DNA from: Clostridiales bacterium
Lineage (GTDB): Bacteria > Bacillota > Clostridia > Oscillospirales > UBA644
NCBI GenBank assembly: GCA_003343705.1
Contig: QAKR01000026.1
Coordinates: 27,598-91,597, forward strand
Direction: 5' to 3'
DNA length: 64,000 nt
Below are positions 11,597 to 21,673 of the stretch, piece by piece. The notes under the pieces were generated by a model that saw nothing but the letters and a program-made list of their open reading frames with translations, searched no databases and was not told the origin of the DNA. The translations under genes were made by a program, and so were the position numbers. Each line of letters opens with the position of its first letter. Within the stretch, counting starts at the first letter, position 1.

Positions 11597-13458
11597 GATA
11601 TAATGCAGGTAAAACAGATGTTGCAGTTATTGGGGCAGGACATGCAGGTGTAGAGGCTGCGCTGGCTGCTGCGCGTCTCGGAGTTCATACAACTCTTTTT
11701 ACAATTAATTTAGACAGTATTGCTAACTTGCCGTGTAATCCATCTATAGGAGGGACGGCAAAAGGCCATTTAGTTCGTGAAATAGACGCATTGGGTGGGG
11801 AAATGGCCAAGGCTGCGGATAAAATATTTTTACAAAGCCGTATGCTTAACCTTGGTAAAGGGCCTGCTGTTCATTCTCCTCGTATTCAAGCAGATAGGCG
11901 AAAATATCAAGCAATAATGAAAAAAACGTTGGAAGATACGGAAAATTTAAGTATAAAACAAACAGAGATAGTTGAAATTATCGTTGAGGATAATCAAATA
12001 AAGGGAGTTGTCACACGCCTCGGTGCTGTGTTTGAAGCAAAAACAGTTATTATTGCAACAGGAACATATCTTGAAGGTAAAATTTTTGTAGGTGATACTT
12101 CTTATGAAGGTGGCCCTGACGGACTATATGCAGCAAAAGGGCTTTCAAAAAGTCTGTCTGATTTCGGAATACGTCTAATGCGGTTTAAGACGGGAACGCC
12201 AGCTCGTATTCACCGCAGATCAGTTGATCTGTCAAAACTTGAAGTACAACACGGAGATGAAAAAATTGTTCCTATGAGTTTTGAAAATACAGATATAGGT
12301 AAAAATAAATGTGATTGCTATATTGTATATACGAATGAGACTACTCATAACATAATAAAGGAAAATTTACATAGATCTCCCCTTTATTCTGGGAATATAC
12401 ATGGTGTAGGGCCTCGTTATTGCCCGAGCATTGAAGATAAGGTTGTACGTTTTGCAGATAAACCTCGTCATCAACTTTTTTTGGAACCTATGGGCGAAGA
12501 CACAGAAGAAATGTATTTACAAGGGTTTTCATCCTCACTGCCGGAAGATGTTCAGGTTCAAATGGTCCATTCTCTTCCCGGTTTTGAAAATGCAATGATA
12601 ATGCGTACTGCATATGCTATAGAATACGACTGTTGTGACCCGTTGCAGCTTAATTCAACATTGGAATTTAAGAATATATCAGGCCTTTACGGGGCCGGGC
12701 AATTTAACGGAACGTCCGGTTATGAAGAAGCTGCTGCCCAAGGGCTTATTGCCGGAATAAATGCAGCATTTAAAGTCTGTGGAAAAGATCCACTTGTTTT
12801 GGATAGGTCTACTTCGTATATAGGAACGCTTATAGACGATCTTGTGACTAAAGGTACAAAAGAACCATATAGAATTATGACATCACGTTCTGAATACCGC
12901 CTTGTCTTACGTCAAGATAACGCAGATACACGCCTCACACCTATCGGCTATAAGATAGGGCTCATTTCTGAACAAAGATATAGGGATTTTGTTGAAAAAC
13001 AAAAATTAATTGATGAGGAAATAAAACGTTTAGAAAAAACATTTGTTCCTCCTAATAGAGAATTAATGATAATTCTTGAAGAAAGAAGTTCTTCTCCTAT
13101 AAAAACGGGAGTTTCTTTAGCTGAACTTTTAAGACGACCTGAAATCAGATATAAAGACTTGTCCCCTGTTGATTCAAATCGCCCTAATTTGCCTGATGCA
13201 GTTAAGGAAGAGGTAGAAATTTCTATAAAATATGAAGGATATATAAAGCATCAGCTTGCGGAGATTGAGCAATTCAAGAAACTTGAAAATAAGAGACTTC
13301 CAAACAATTTGGATTATTCGCAAATTCGAGGGCTTAGGTTAGAAGCTATACAAAAACTAAATAATCAAAAACCTGAAAATATAGGTCAGGCAAGCAGAAT
13401 TTCAGGGGTTAGCCCGGCGGATATATCTGTTTTGCTAATTTATTTGGACATAAAATAA
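11593..13458 (+). CDS. mnmG: tRNA uridine 5-carboxymethylaminomethyl modification enzyme MnmG (GidA)
   Basis: N-terminal FAD fold [19 protein letters not shown], 621 aa. ATGA overlap with mnmE. Confidence 0.95.
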   Translation: MRYNAGKTDVAVIGAGHAGVEAALAAARLGVHTTLFTINLDSIANLPCNPSIGGTAKGHLVREIDALGGEMAKAADKIFLQSRMLNLGKGPAVHSPRIQADRRKYQAIMKKTLEDTENLSIKQTEIVEIIVEDNQIKGVVTRLGAVFEAKTVIIATGTYLEGKIFVGDTSYEGGPDGLYAAKGLSKSLSDFGIRLMRFKTGTPARIHRRSVDLSKLEVQHGDEKIVPMSFENTDIGKNKCDCYIVYTNETTHNIIKENLHRSPLYSGNIHGVGPRYCPSIEDKVVRFADKPRHQLFLEPMGEDTEEMYLQGFSSSLPEDVQVQMVHSLPGFENAMIMRTAYAIEYDCCDPLQLNSTLEFKNISGLYGAGQFNGTSGYEEAAAQGLIAGINAAFKVCGKDPLVLDRSTSYIGTLIDDLVTKGTKEPYRIMTSRSEYRLVLRQDNADTRLTPIGYKIGLISEQRYRDFVEKQKLIDEEIKRLEKTFVPPNRELMIILEERSSSPIKTGVSLAELLRRPEIRYKDLSPVDSNRPNLPDAVKEEVEISIKYEGYIKHQLAEIEQFKKLENKRLPNNLDYSQIRGLRLEAIQKLNNQKPENIGQASRISGVSPADISVLLIYLDIK

Positions 13459-13470
13459 AAGGAGGTATGT

Positions 13471-15168
13471 ATGAAAAAGATTATATGTTCTGTTTTGGCA
13501 ACAGTTTTTATTTTTATTAGTGCACAGGTTTTTATTGCAAAAGAAAACATCTATGAAAAAGGAGATATTAATCAAAACGGAAAAATTTCTCTTGTTGATG
13601 CTATGTTAAGTTTTCGTCATATAGCCGGTAAAACTGAGTTGAACGAAGAACAAAAAAGATCAGCTGATATTAATTACAACAATAGTGTTGAGTTACAAGA
13701 TTGTATGCAGCTTTTTAATTTTATTGCGGGTAAACAAAAACAACTTGTAAATGAGAGCAATCTTGAAAATGCTTATGAAAAGGCTGCAACGGCAGTTGTT
13801 TCAACCGACGCTAATCAACAGCTGCTTCAGGGAATGGGAGTTGAGTTTGACCCTCATTTTTTTGTTTCGTATAATCCTTCTTTAACAGAAGAAGATTGGA
13901 ACTTAATAATGAAGAGGCTTGATATTTTAGGTGTTCAATCATTTAGAATTATGGCAGCTCCCAGTTATTTTGAAAGTGTAAATGATAATGATGACCCTAA
14001 TGTAATAAATTGGGATAATGTTAATTTCGAAACACAGCAGATTAAAACTATGTGCAGAATTCTTGATGCTGCAGAGCCACGAGGAATACAAGTAAATATA
14101 ACGTTCTTCTGTGTTGATGTGGGATGGCTTGCACAATCAGGGCAATCGTATTGGGGGCAAGCACCGAATGATCTGGATGAATATGCAGAAAATATGAGCA
14201 TATTAATGCAGTACTTAATTAATAAAAAAGGTTATAATTGCATTAAAGATTTCACGCCTGCAAACGAGGCTTCGAACTGGTATACCAGTCCTGATGAACG
14301 TACCCCTATTCAGTTCTATATTGATGCTTGCCGCAAAATCGACGAACGCTTTACTAAAGATGGAATACGTGAAAAGCTTAACTTTGTTTTAAATGATTAC
14401 TATCAGAATGATACATGGTTTAAAACATGCAGTACAGAGTTAAAAGATATTTCAGATGCATTTAATTTCCACACATATGCATATTCAGACGTTTCATCAT
14501 ATTATGATATGAATTCTTTTTTTAATAAATTAATAACTCTTTCTGACGGAACGCCTTTGATTTGCGATGAATTCGGCGGAAAAAATATTGATGCATATCA
14601 TCAGTTCGACATGGATACATATGAAAGAGGATTGTTTTATTCACGTTTTGTTGAAGCTTTTCTTAACGCAGGTGGAGCAGGTTTAAAAAGCTGGTGCTTT
14701 TTTGATCAATTTTATTATGCCGGCAGCCGTGAAGATGCACTTATGAATGTAGGCCTTTTTAAATATAAAGATGAAAACTGGGAAGTAAGACCGTTTTATC
14801 ATGCATATGGGCTTATTATGAAATACACACGGCCGGGTTCATCGATATACCCTCTATCAGTAAAGGAAGTTACAGATAGCGGCATGGTTATGAAAAGACC
14901 GAATATTACTGGTACAGCACTTCAATCTCCTGAAAAAAAATGGACATATCTTGTTACCAATAATGCAAGGCTTGATTCAAAAATGATTAAGATAGAAAAT
15001 CCGCATTTAGATAGGCAGACAACTTTTAATGTTCATATTTACAGCGAGAATAATGTTTCTCTTTCCGAAAATCTTATTTCAGCCGTAAATAATTATTCTA
15101 TCACAATTTCTGATACTACTTATATAACTCTTGAACCGGAAACATTTGCGGTTATTACTGAGTATTGA
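13471..15168 (+). CDS. Secreted clan GH-A (GH5-like) glycoside hydrolase with N-terminal dockerin module
   Basis: Signal peptide, then two Ca-binding dockerin repeats (DINQNGKISLVD, DINYNNSVELQD). Candidate acid/base NE (PANEASNW) and nucleophile E (ICDEFGG). The exact GH family is not resolvable by eye. Confidence 0.7.
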   Translation: MKKIICSVLATVFIFISAQVFIAKENIYEKGDINQNGKISLVDAMLSFRHIAGKTELNEEQKRSADINYNNSVELQDCMQLFNFIAGKQKQLVNESNLENAYEKAATAVVSTDANQQLLQGMGVEFDPHFFVSYNPSLTEEDWNLIMKRLDILGVQSFRIMAAPSYFESVNDNDDPNVINWDNVNFETQQIKTMCRILDAAEPRGIQVNITFFCVDVGWLAQSGQSYWGQAPNDLDEYAENMSILMQYLINKKGYNCIKDFTPANEASNWYTSPDERTPIQFYIDACRKIDERFTKDGIREKLNFVLNDYYQNDTWFKTCSTELKDISDAFNFHTYAYSDVSSYYDMNSFFNKLITLSDGTPLICDEFGGKNIDAYHQFDMDTYERGLFYSRFVEAFLNAGGAGLKSWCFFDQFYYAGSREDALMNVGLFKYKDENWEVRPFYHAYGLIMKYTRPGSSIYPLSVKEVTDSGMVMKRPNITGTALQSPEKKWTYLVTNNARLDSKMIKIENPHLDRQTTFNVHIYSENNVSLSENLISAVNNYSITISDTTYITLEPETFAVITEY

Positions 15169-15214
15169 TTTTAAATACTGCACATGGTATGCAGTGAAAG
15201 GAAAGGCTATATAA

Positions 15215-16600
15215 ATGAATTTAGACAATATTAAGAAGGTCTATTTTATAGGTATAGGCGGTTCATCTATGAGCAGTCTTGCCCAGATTATGCAAAAAAG
15301 AGATTTTATTGTTGCAGGTTCTGATATGCAACAGAGTCATGCATCTGATAATCTTATTGAAAAAGGAATTACAGTATTTATTGGGCATAAAGAAGAAAAC
15401 ATAAAGGATTTCGCCCCTGAGATTGTAATAAAAACAGATGCTATACTGCCGACAAACCCAGAACTTTTATATGCAGAAGAATCAAATATACCTGTATATC
15501 GTCGTGCAGAACTTTTGGGTAACTTACTCGACGGGTATAAAAAAACAATCGGGGTTGCTGGAACACATGGAAAAACAACAACTTCGTCTATGATTACATC
15601 AATATTTTTAGATGCTCAAAAAAATCCTTCTGCTATTATCGGGGGGCAAATGAAACAGACAGGAACGTCTTATATTATCGGCAGTGAAGACCTGTGTATT
15701 TTCGAAAGCTGTGAGTATAAATGTTCATTTTATAATTTTTTCCCTACTGTTTCTGTCTTACTTAATATTGCAAAAGATCATATGGAATTTTTTAAAACAG
15801 AAGAAAATCTTCTTGCTTGCTTTACAAAATACTTGGACAATACTAAACCGGACGGAATTGTTGTTTATAACGCCGAAGATGAAAACAGTCTGAAAGTTAT
15901 TTCTGGATATAAAGGTAAAACTGTTTCATTCGGTCTTGAAAAAGGCAACTTCATTATGGATAAAGCAACTCTCACCGGAGGGTTTCCCAAATTTGATATT
16001 ATAAAAAACGGTGCATTTTTCTGCCATGTAGATTTACGAGTTCCGGGTAGACATAATGTTAAAAACGCTCTTGCCGCAGCTGCGGCTGCAGATGCAGCAG
16101 GCCTTTGTGCCGAAGATATAGGTAAAGGCCTCTCGGATTATGCAGGGGCGGGCAGACGTTTTGAATATCATTGCACTATAAACGGCGCTGTTGTTGCAGA
16201 TGATTACGGTCATCACCCTGATGCATATCGTGTAACGTTCAATACAGCACGAGATCTAGGGTTTAAGAGAATTATAGCTATACATCAACCTCATACATTT
16301 TCACGTACAAAAATGATGATGAATGAATTTGTTGATGTTCTTAAAACAGTTGATAAAGTTCTTATTCCACCCATATATCCGGCTCGCGAGACAAATGACG
16401 AATATAATATTTACGCTGAAGACGTTGTAAAACGTTTGCCTAATGCTGAATATATGAATAATTTTAATGAGATTGCAGACCGTATTAAGGAGCTTGCGCA
16501 ACCTGGAGATTTGTTTATAACTTTGGGCTGTGGTGATATTTATAAAGCAGCTGAACTCACGGCTAAAAAATATGGTGAAAAAATTGATATACATTATTAA
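15215..16600 (+). CDS. murC: UDP-N-acetylmuramate--L-alanine ligase
   Basis: GIGGSSMSSLA and GVAGTHGKTTTSSM Mur-ligase motifs, 461 aa. Confidence 0.93.
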   Translation: MNLDNIKKVYFIGIGGSSMSSLAQIMQKRDFIVAGSDMQQSHASDNLIEKGITVFIGHKEENIKDFAPEIVIKTDAILPTNPELLYAEESNIPVYRRAELLGNLLDGYKKTIGVAGTHGKTTTSSMITSIFLDAQKNPSAIIGGQMKQTGTSYIIGSEDLCIFESCEYKCSFYNFFPTVSVLLNIAKDHMEFFKTEENLLACFTKYLDNTKPDGIVVYNAEDENSLKVISGYKGKTVSFGLEKGNFIMDKATLTGGFPKFDIIKNGAFFCHVDLRVPGRHNVKNALAAAAAADAAGLCAEDIGKGLSDYAGAGRRFEYHCTINGAVVADDYGHHPDAYRVTFNTARDLGFKRIIAIHQPHTFSRTKMMMNEFVDVLKTVDKVLIPPIYPARETNDEYNIYAEDVVKRLPNAEYMNNFNEIADRIKELAQPGDLFITLGCGDIYKAAELTAKKYGEKIDIHY

Positions 16601-16628
16601 TGCAGCATAAAAAACGGAGGATTGTTAA

Positions 16629-17891
16629 ATGAAAGTTCTTGTTGTCGGCGGCGGAGGTCGCGAACATGCGGTTGTTGAAAAACTTGCGCAGAATAAAAAT
16701 ATTGATAAGCTGTATGCTGCACCCGGAAACGGCGGAATAGCTCAATTAGCTGAATGCATTTCAATTAAAGCTACTGATGTAGAGGGTGTTTGCGAATTTG
16801 CAAAAAATGAAAAAATAGATTTTGTTGTTGTTACTCCGGATGACCCTCTTTGTCTGGGTATGGTAGACAAGCTTGAAGAGCTTGGTATTAAGGCTTTCGG
16901 ACCTCGTAAAAATGCAGCAATTATTGAGGGCAGTAAAGTTTTTTCAAAAGAGTTAATGAAAAAGTATAATATACCTACGGCGCCGTTTGAAACATTTGAT
17001 GATGCTGAAAAAGCTTGTGAATACATAGATCGTCACGGTGCACCTATTGTAATAAAAGCCGACGGGCTTGCCTTGGGTAAAGGCGTCACCGTAGCGAAAA
17101 CTACAGAAGAAGCAAAAGCGGCAGTAAACGATATAATGAATGATAAAATTTTCGGAGCATCCGGCAATAGAATTGTTATTGAAGATTGTCTTTCAGGCCC
17201 GGAAATATCTGTTCTAGCTTTTACAGACGGCAAAACAATTAAGCCAATGGTTTCTTCTCAAGATCACAAACGGGCATATGATAATGATGAAGGCCCGAAT
17301 ACAGGTGGAATGGGAACCTTTGCCCCAAGCCCTATATACACAAAAGAGCTTGCGGATGAATGCATGGATAAAATATTTTTGCCTACTGTTAAAGCGATGA
17401 ATACCGAAAACAGAAAATTTAAGGGTGTTTTATATTTCGGGCTTATGCTTACGGAAAAAGGTGTGATGGTTATAGAGTACAATGCTCGTTTCGGAGACCC
17501 GGAAACACAAGTTGTGTTGCCCCTGTTAAAAACAGATCTATTTGATATTATGACAGCTGTCGCAGATGAAAAGCTTGATGAAATAAATATTGAGTGGGAA
17601 AATAAATCAGCAGTTTGTGTTGTCATGGCAAGCGGAGGGTACCCTAAAAAATACGAAACTGGGTATGAAATTTGCGGGCTTGAAAATATTTGCGGAACTG
17701 TTTATCATGCAGGTACTAAACTTGACGGCGAAAAAACAGTCTCTTCCGGTGGCCGAGTACTTGGAGTTGTTTCAGTAAAAGACAGTATGGAAAAAGCTAT
17801 TGAAGGGGCTTATTCGGATGTCGAAAAAATTTCATTCAAAGACGCGTTTTTCCGACATGATATAGGAAAAAAAGCAATTGACATACTATAA
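16629..17891 (+). CDS. purD: Phosphoribosylamine--glycine ligase
   Basis: MKVLVVGGGGREHA N-terminus, ATP-grasp layout, 420 aa. Confidence 0.95.
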   Translation: MKVLVVGGGGREHAVVEKLAQNKNIDKLYAAPGNGGIAQLAECISIKATDVEGVCEFAKNEKIDFVVVTPDDPLCLGMVDKLEELGIKAFGPRKNAAIIEGSKVFSKELMKKYNIPTAPFETFDDAEKACEYIDRHGAPIVIKADGLALGKGVTVAKTTEEAKAAVNDIMNDKIFGASGNRIVIEDCLSGPEISVLAFTDGKTIKPMVSSQDHKRAYDNDEGPNTGGMGTFAPSPIYTKELADECMDKIFLPTVKAMNTENRKFKGVLYFGLMLTEKGVMVIEYNARFGDPETQVVLPLLKTDLFDIMTAVADEKLDEINIEWENKSAVCVVMASGGYPKKYETGYEICGLENICGTVYHAGTKLDGEKTVSSGGRVLGVVSVKDSMEKAIEGAYSDVEKISFKDAFFRHDIGKKAIDIL

Positions 17892-17906
17892 ATAATATGG
17901 TATAAT
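17878..17906 (+). promoter_or_regulatory. Sigma-A promoter driving the THF riboswitch/folT operon
   Basis: TTGACA (17878-17883, inside the last purD codons), 17-nt spacer ending in TGG, TATAAT (17901-17906). Confidence 0.6.
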
Positions 17907-17909
17907 AAA

Positions 17910-18012
17910 CCTAACAGAGTAGACATTGTGCGTGAAGTGCCGTTGGGATGGGAAGTAGCCCACGGACGAAGAACCAAAAGGTTTGCGGTATAATGTTGCG
18001 TCCGCTGTTAGG
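17910..18012 (+). promoter_or_regulatory. THF (tetrahydrofolate, folT-type) riboswitch aptamer
   Basis: P1 CCTAACAG (17910-17917) pairs with CTGTTAGG (18005-18012). Core blocks AGAGTAG, GCGTGAAGTG, GGATGGGAAGT, ACGAAG, GCGG and TTGCGTCCGCT follow the order I recall for the THF-I class. It sits upstream of a folate ECF S-component. Confidence 0.88.
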
Positions 18013-18036
18013 TTTTAATTTTTCGTGCGGAACACA

Positions 18037-18071
18037 CTCTGGAATTATTACATTCCGGAGATTTTGTTTTT
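18037..18071 (+). terminator. Expression-platform terminator of the THF riboswitch
   Basis: CTCTGGAAT (18037-18045) pairs with ATTCCGGAG (18052-18060), with one G-U, followed by ATTTTGTTTTT. Confidence 0.6.
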
Positions 18072-18114
18072 CTTTGTAAGGAAAAACAGAACTCCCAAAA
18101 GGGAGGAATTTTTT

Positions 18115-18723
18115 ATGCAGGCATTCTTTGACCTTTTTAGGTTGAAAAAAAATGGCAAGTATTTTTTAAAAGCACTGGTTTTCTGTGCACTTTTAGTGGC
18201 AATGGGCATTGTTTCTGAAATGTTCGGTTTTGAAATGGCTTTAACCGGAGTACCAAAGGGAGATAAGGTTAATATAGCTTCTTCTTTTATGGTTCTGGCA
18301 GGGTTTATGTTCGGTCCCCTGTGGGGCGGTATAGCAGCCTTAGTACAAGATATTATCGGCTGTTTATTAAAGGGAGATACTCCTCTTTTACAGTTTATGA
18401 TAGCACCGTTTTTAACCGGATTTTTATCAGGTTTTTTCCCTTTCATATTTAAAAAAGCTTCAAAAAAACTTTATGGTATTGTTTTATATTGTAGTTTTAT
18501 ATCAATAACTGCATTTTTAATTAATACATTGTGTATTGTTTGGACATATATAAAATTAGAAGCTTTTTGGTCTTACGCAGTTCTGCGTTTACCTACATTA
18601 CCTTTTAAAATTGCTTTATATTCTATTGTGGTTTATATATTATACTGTGAGGTTCTGCCTCGAATACAAAAAACAAAATTCGGACCCGACGATAGTGCGG
18701 AGAAGATATGGAAAAATGGCTGA
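18115..18723 (+). CDS. folT: Folate-family ECF transporter S component (FolT-like)
   Basis: Small multi-TM protein directly behind the THF riboswitch. AGGGAGGA lies 8 nt before the ATG at 18115. The track ORF start (18025) would overlap the riboswitch terminator. Confidence 0.8.
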   Translation: MQAFFDLFRLKKNGKYFLKALVFCALLVAMGIVSEMFGFEMALTGVPKGDKVNIASSFMVLAGFMFGPLWGGIAALVQDIIGCLLKGDTPLLQFMIAPFLTGFLSGFFPFIFKKASKKLYGIVLYCSFISITAFLINTLCIVWTYIKLEAFWSYAVLRLPTLPFKIALYSIVVYILYCEVLPRIQKTKFGPDDSAEKIWKNG

Positions 18724-20177
18724 TTATAATTTTCTTTATTGTTTTGTCGCTGCTTTTAGCAGCGACAGGTGTAGCGTACCGTAAAAAAAGCAGCACGCTT
18801 TTCGGTTTTATTGCAGCAGATCGCTCATTTTCATTTTTTACGGGTGCATCTTCGTCATACTCTTCTGTTATTTGCGGTTATGCATGTTTAGTTTTGATGT
18901 ATTTTGCATATTTCGGCGGAACTGACGGAGCCCAAACTGCAATCTTTTACGGAGCTGCTTTGACTATCGGTATGTTTTTATCATGGCGGTTTATCGGAAG
19001 ACGGCTCAGAGTCTACTCAGAGCTTTCATCTAATACGGTAACTCTTCCGTCGTTTTTGGAGAGTAGGTTTAAGGACAAGACTTCTACTATAAAAATTGTT
19101 TCTTCTTCCGCTATAGGGTTATTTTCATGTGTGTACTGCTCGTTTATGTTTACAGCATGTGCACAGCTGTTTTCTGCAGCAGTTAGGTGCTCATATAGTG
19201 TAGCGTTATTAATATGTACCGTTGCAGTAATGATATATCTTGTTTTCGGAGGCTTTTTTGCATCTGTTTTTACGGACGTATTACAGGGATTTATTTTTTT
19301 AATTGTAATTTTCTTTCTACCTGTTTATTTATTTGATAATCTCGATGCAGGCAGCAGACTTTTATTTGAAAATGAGTTTTTACAAACCCTTAATTTATTT
19401 AAAAACGGCGAAAACTTTGGTATAAACGCATTTAATTCTGTATTTATGATGTTTGGTTGTTTTGGGCTTCCGATGTTGTTTTCTAGATTTGTAGCAATGA
19501 AAGATAAAAAACAGATTAAGCGTGCAAAACGTTTTTCTCCGTTTCCTGTAGCAGTTTGTGTAATACTTGTTGTTGTTATAGGGCTGTTTTTAAGACAATT
19601 CCCCGTAATGGAATCAAAAAATGCAGCAGTAATTCTTTGTGGTGCGATAACAGACCCGTTTATGAAAGCTCTTACTGTTTCTGCGCTATTGGCTGCTATA
19701 ATGTCTGCATCCGATAGTATGCTTATTCTTATGGCAAGCGTTGTAGGAAACGACATATACCCATTATTTCGTAAAAAGGCCGGAGACGAAGAAAAAGTCA
19801 CTGTTGCACGTGCAGCTACTGTTGTTTTGACTTTTTGCGTATGTCTTATTTCACTTGAAAGCGAAGTTGATATCTTTTCAAGGCTCATCCAGGGCTTTTC
19901 TGGATTTGCATCGGCTTTTGCTCCGGTTTTGTTTTTCAGCTTATATTCACGACGCATAACACTTAGAGCGGCTGTTGCTTCTATTATAACCGGAACTCTT
20001 TCAACTGTAATTTTATGGTTCGTTCCTTTTCCGGTAACATGGATTATGCCGTTTTGCGTTTGTATGATTCTGTCTACGATTGTTCTTTGGCTTGTTACGT
20101 TATTTGACAGAAAGCGTCCTGAAAAAGATATTCTTAATGAATTTTCAAGAGTAAATGAAATAATGAAGTTGAGGTGA
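18708..20177 (+). CDS. Sodium:solute symporter (SSS) family transporter, PutP/PanF-like, substrate unknown
   Basis: 489 aa, about 12-13 TM. TLPSFLESRFKDK resembles the PutP TLPDYF..RF motif. Overlaps folT by 16 nt. Confidence 0.8.
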   Translation: MEKWLIIIFFIVLSLLLAATGVAYRKKSSTLFGFIAADRSFSFFTGASSSYSSVICGYACLVLMYFAYFGGTDGAQTAIFYGAALTIGMFLSWRFIGRRLRVYSELSSNTVTLPSFLESRFKDKTSTIKIVSSSAIGLFSCVYCSFMFTACAQLFSAAVRCSYSVALLICTVAVMIYLVFGGFFASVFTDVLQGFIFLIVIFFLPVYLFDNLDAGSRLLFENEFLQTLNLFKNGENFGINAFNSVFMMFGCFGLPMLFSRFVAMKDKKQIKRAKRFSPFPVAVCVILVVVIGLFLRQFPVMESKNAAVILCGAITDPFMKALTVSALLAAIMSASDSMLILMASVVGNDIYPLFRKKAGDEEKVTVARAATVVLTFCVCLISLESEVDIFSRLIQGFSGFASAFAPVLFFSLYSRRITLRAAVASIITGTLSTVILWFVPFPVTWIMPFCVCMILSTIVLWLVTLFDRKRPEKDILNEFSRVNEIMKLR

Positions 20178-21673
20178 GAAAAGTGGATGTCTGTGCAGAA
20201 TTTTATACGCGAATTGAGGGTTTTGTTGCGGATATTTTGGACGGATACATCCCCCAGAAGACCGGAGAAAAAACAATTCACGATCCTATTTGGGGTTCGG
20301 TTTTATATTACGGCTGGGAAATCGAACTTATAGACTCACCTGTTTTTCAACGACTTCGTGATATACAGCAGCTTGGGCGAGCTGATTTGACTTATCCTGC
20401 AGCGCGGCACACAAGATTTGAACATTCTTTGGGAACAGTTGCTATCGCTTCCAGAATGATTGATAATTTACGGACAAGAAGTAATGATTATATTATTTCT
20501 GACAGTGATAAAAACAAAATAAGACTTGCAGCATTACTACATGATATAGGGCATTGTTTTTATTCACATCTTTCAGAGCGTGTTTATTCAAAAATGGCTC
20601 AGTTTAAGGCTATAAGAAAAGAATTAATGCAAAATTTTGATAAGGGTGTAAACCCAAAACCTCATGAGCTTTTTTCATATATGCTTGTCAAAAGCGAAAC
20701 ATTCGGAAACTTCTTTTTTGAATATATTTCATATCCGGATAAAGGCGATCGTGAAAGCTGTTTTACATTGCTTTCAGAATGTGCAAATATAATTGTAGGG
20801 CAGAATAATAAAAAGACAGTAGGAGAAAAAACTGTTATATATTCATTTTTAACCTCAGTTCTTAACAGCGATTTTGATGCGGATAAATTAGATTATACCC
20901 AGCGTGACAGTTATACGGCAGGGCTCTCTCTAACATATGGAGTAGAACGCTTTTTAATGAAGCTTGTAATTCATTGTGAAGAAACAAAAGATACAATAGA
21001 TTACAGGCTTGCTATACGTGACGACGGTGTTACAACAGTTGAAGAACTGATTTTCAACAGAAATATGCTTTATGTTTATATGTATCGGCACCAAAAAGTT
21101 TTAGCAGTAGAATCTTTAATTGAGGATATAATTTATCTAATGATTGCTGATAAAAAACTTGTACATCCTTGTGATTTTCTTTATTTATCGGATAAAGATA
21201 TTGAGTATAAAACCGATGAAACAACACTTTTGGGCAGCCGTGTTATAAAACTGCGACACCGTGCCACCCCTAAAAGAGCATGTGTTATTTCCTCAGAAGA
21301 TATAGGTGACAGGCGTGCAGTGGACGCTCTTACAAAAAGTATGAACTTCTCAAATTTTGAGCAAAGACTTGAACTGCGTAGACAAATATGTGAAGCTATA
21401 AAAACTGAATATGCAGATAATAATATGTCAGCAGACTTTGACGAATATGATATTTTCCCCGTATTCCCAAAAATAACAGACGGGCGTGCTCAGTTTTTAG
21501 TTGTATCACGAGACGGTAAAAAACCTGTTATAAATAAATTTGTTTATATAAAAGAATGGTCGAGAGCTTTTAATCTTTCAAACTGGCGTGGATATGTTTT
21601 TGTAGATACAAAAATTAATCGTGACGTTGCCGGTTCGGCTGTTATAAAATTTTTAAAGGGGTATACAAAATGA
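20174..21673 (+). CDS. HD-domain phosphohydrolase (COG1078 / SAMHD1-EF1143-like putative dNTP triphosphohydrolase)
   Basis: RFEHSLGT, LLHDIGHCFYSH and DADKLDYTQRDSY motifs. GTG at 20174 overlaps the upstream TGA; an alternative GTG at 20183 has better SD spacing (GAGGTGA). Confidence 0.85.
   Translation: MRKVDVCAEFYTRIEGFVADILDGYIPQKTGEKTIHDPIWGSVLYYGWEIELIDSPVFQRLRDIQQLGRADLTYPAARHTRFEHSLGTVAIASRMIDNLRTRSNDYIISDSDKNKIRLAALLHDIGHCFYSHLSERVYSKMAQFKAIRKELMQNFDKGVNPKPHELFSYMLVKSETFGNFFFEYISYPDKGDRESCFTLLSECANIIVGQNNKKTVGEKTVIYSFLTSVLNSDFDADKLDYTQRDSYTAGLSLTYGVERFLMKLVIHCEETKDTIDYRLAIRDDGVTTVEELIFNRNMLYVYMYRHQKVLAVESLIEDIIYLMIADKKLVHPCDFLYLSDKDIEYKTDETTLLGSRVIKLRHRATPKRACVISSEDIGDRRAVDALTKSMNFSNFEQRLELRRQICEAIKTEYADNNMSADFDEYDIFPVFPKITDGRAQFLVVSRDGKKPVINKFVYIKEWSRAFNLSNWRGYVFVDTKINRDVAGSAVIKFLKGYTK

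Noticed and set aside
18025-18114. Upstream extension of the folT ORF (GTG at 18025)
   Set aside because: It would be translated through the riboswitch terminator hairpin. A strong SD (AGGGAGGA) precedes the ATG at 18115.
19325-20281. 318-aa ORF on the minus strand
   Set aside because: It lies entirely antisense to the SSS transporter and HD genes. Its composition is Ser/Ile/Asn-rich, typical of a shadow frame of an AT-rich membrane-protein gene. The plus-strand ORFs carry recognisable family motifs.
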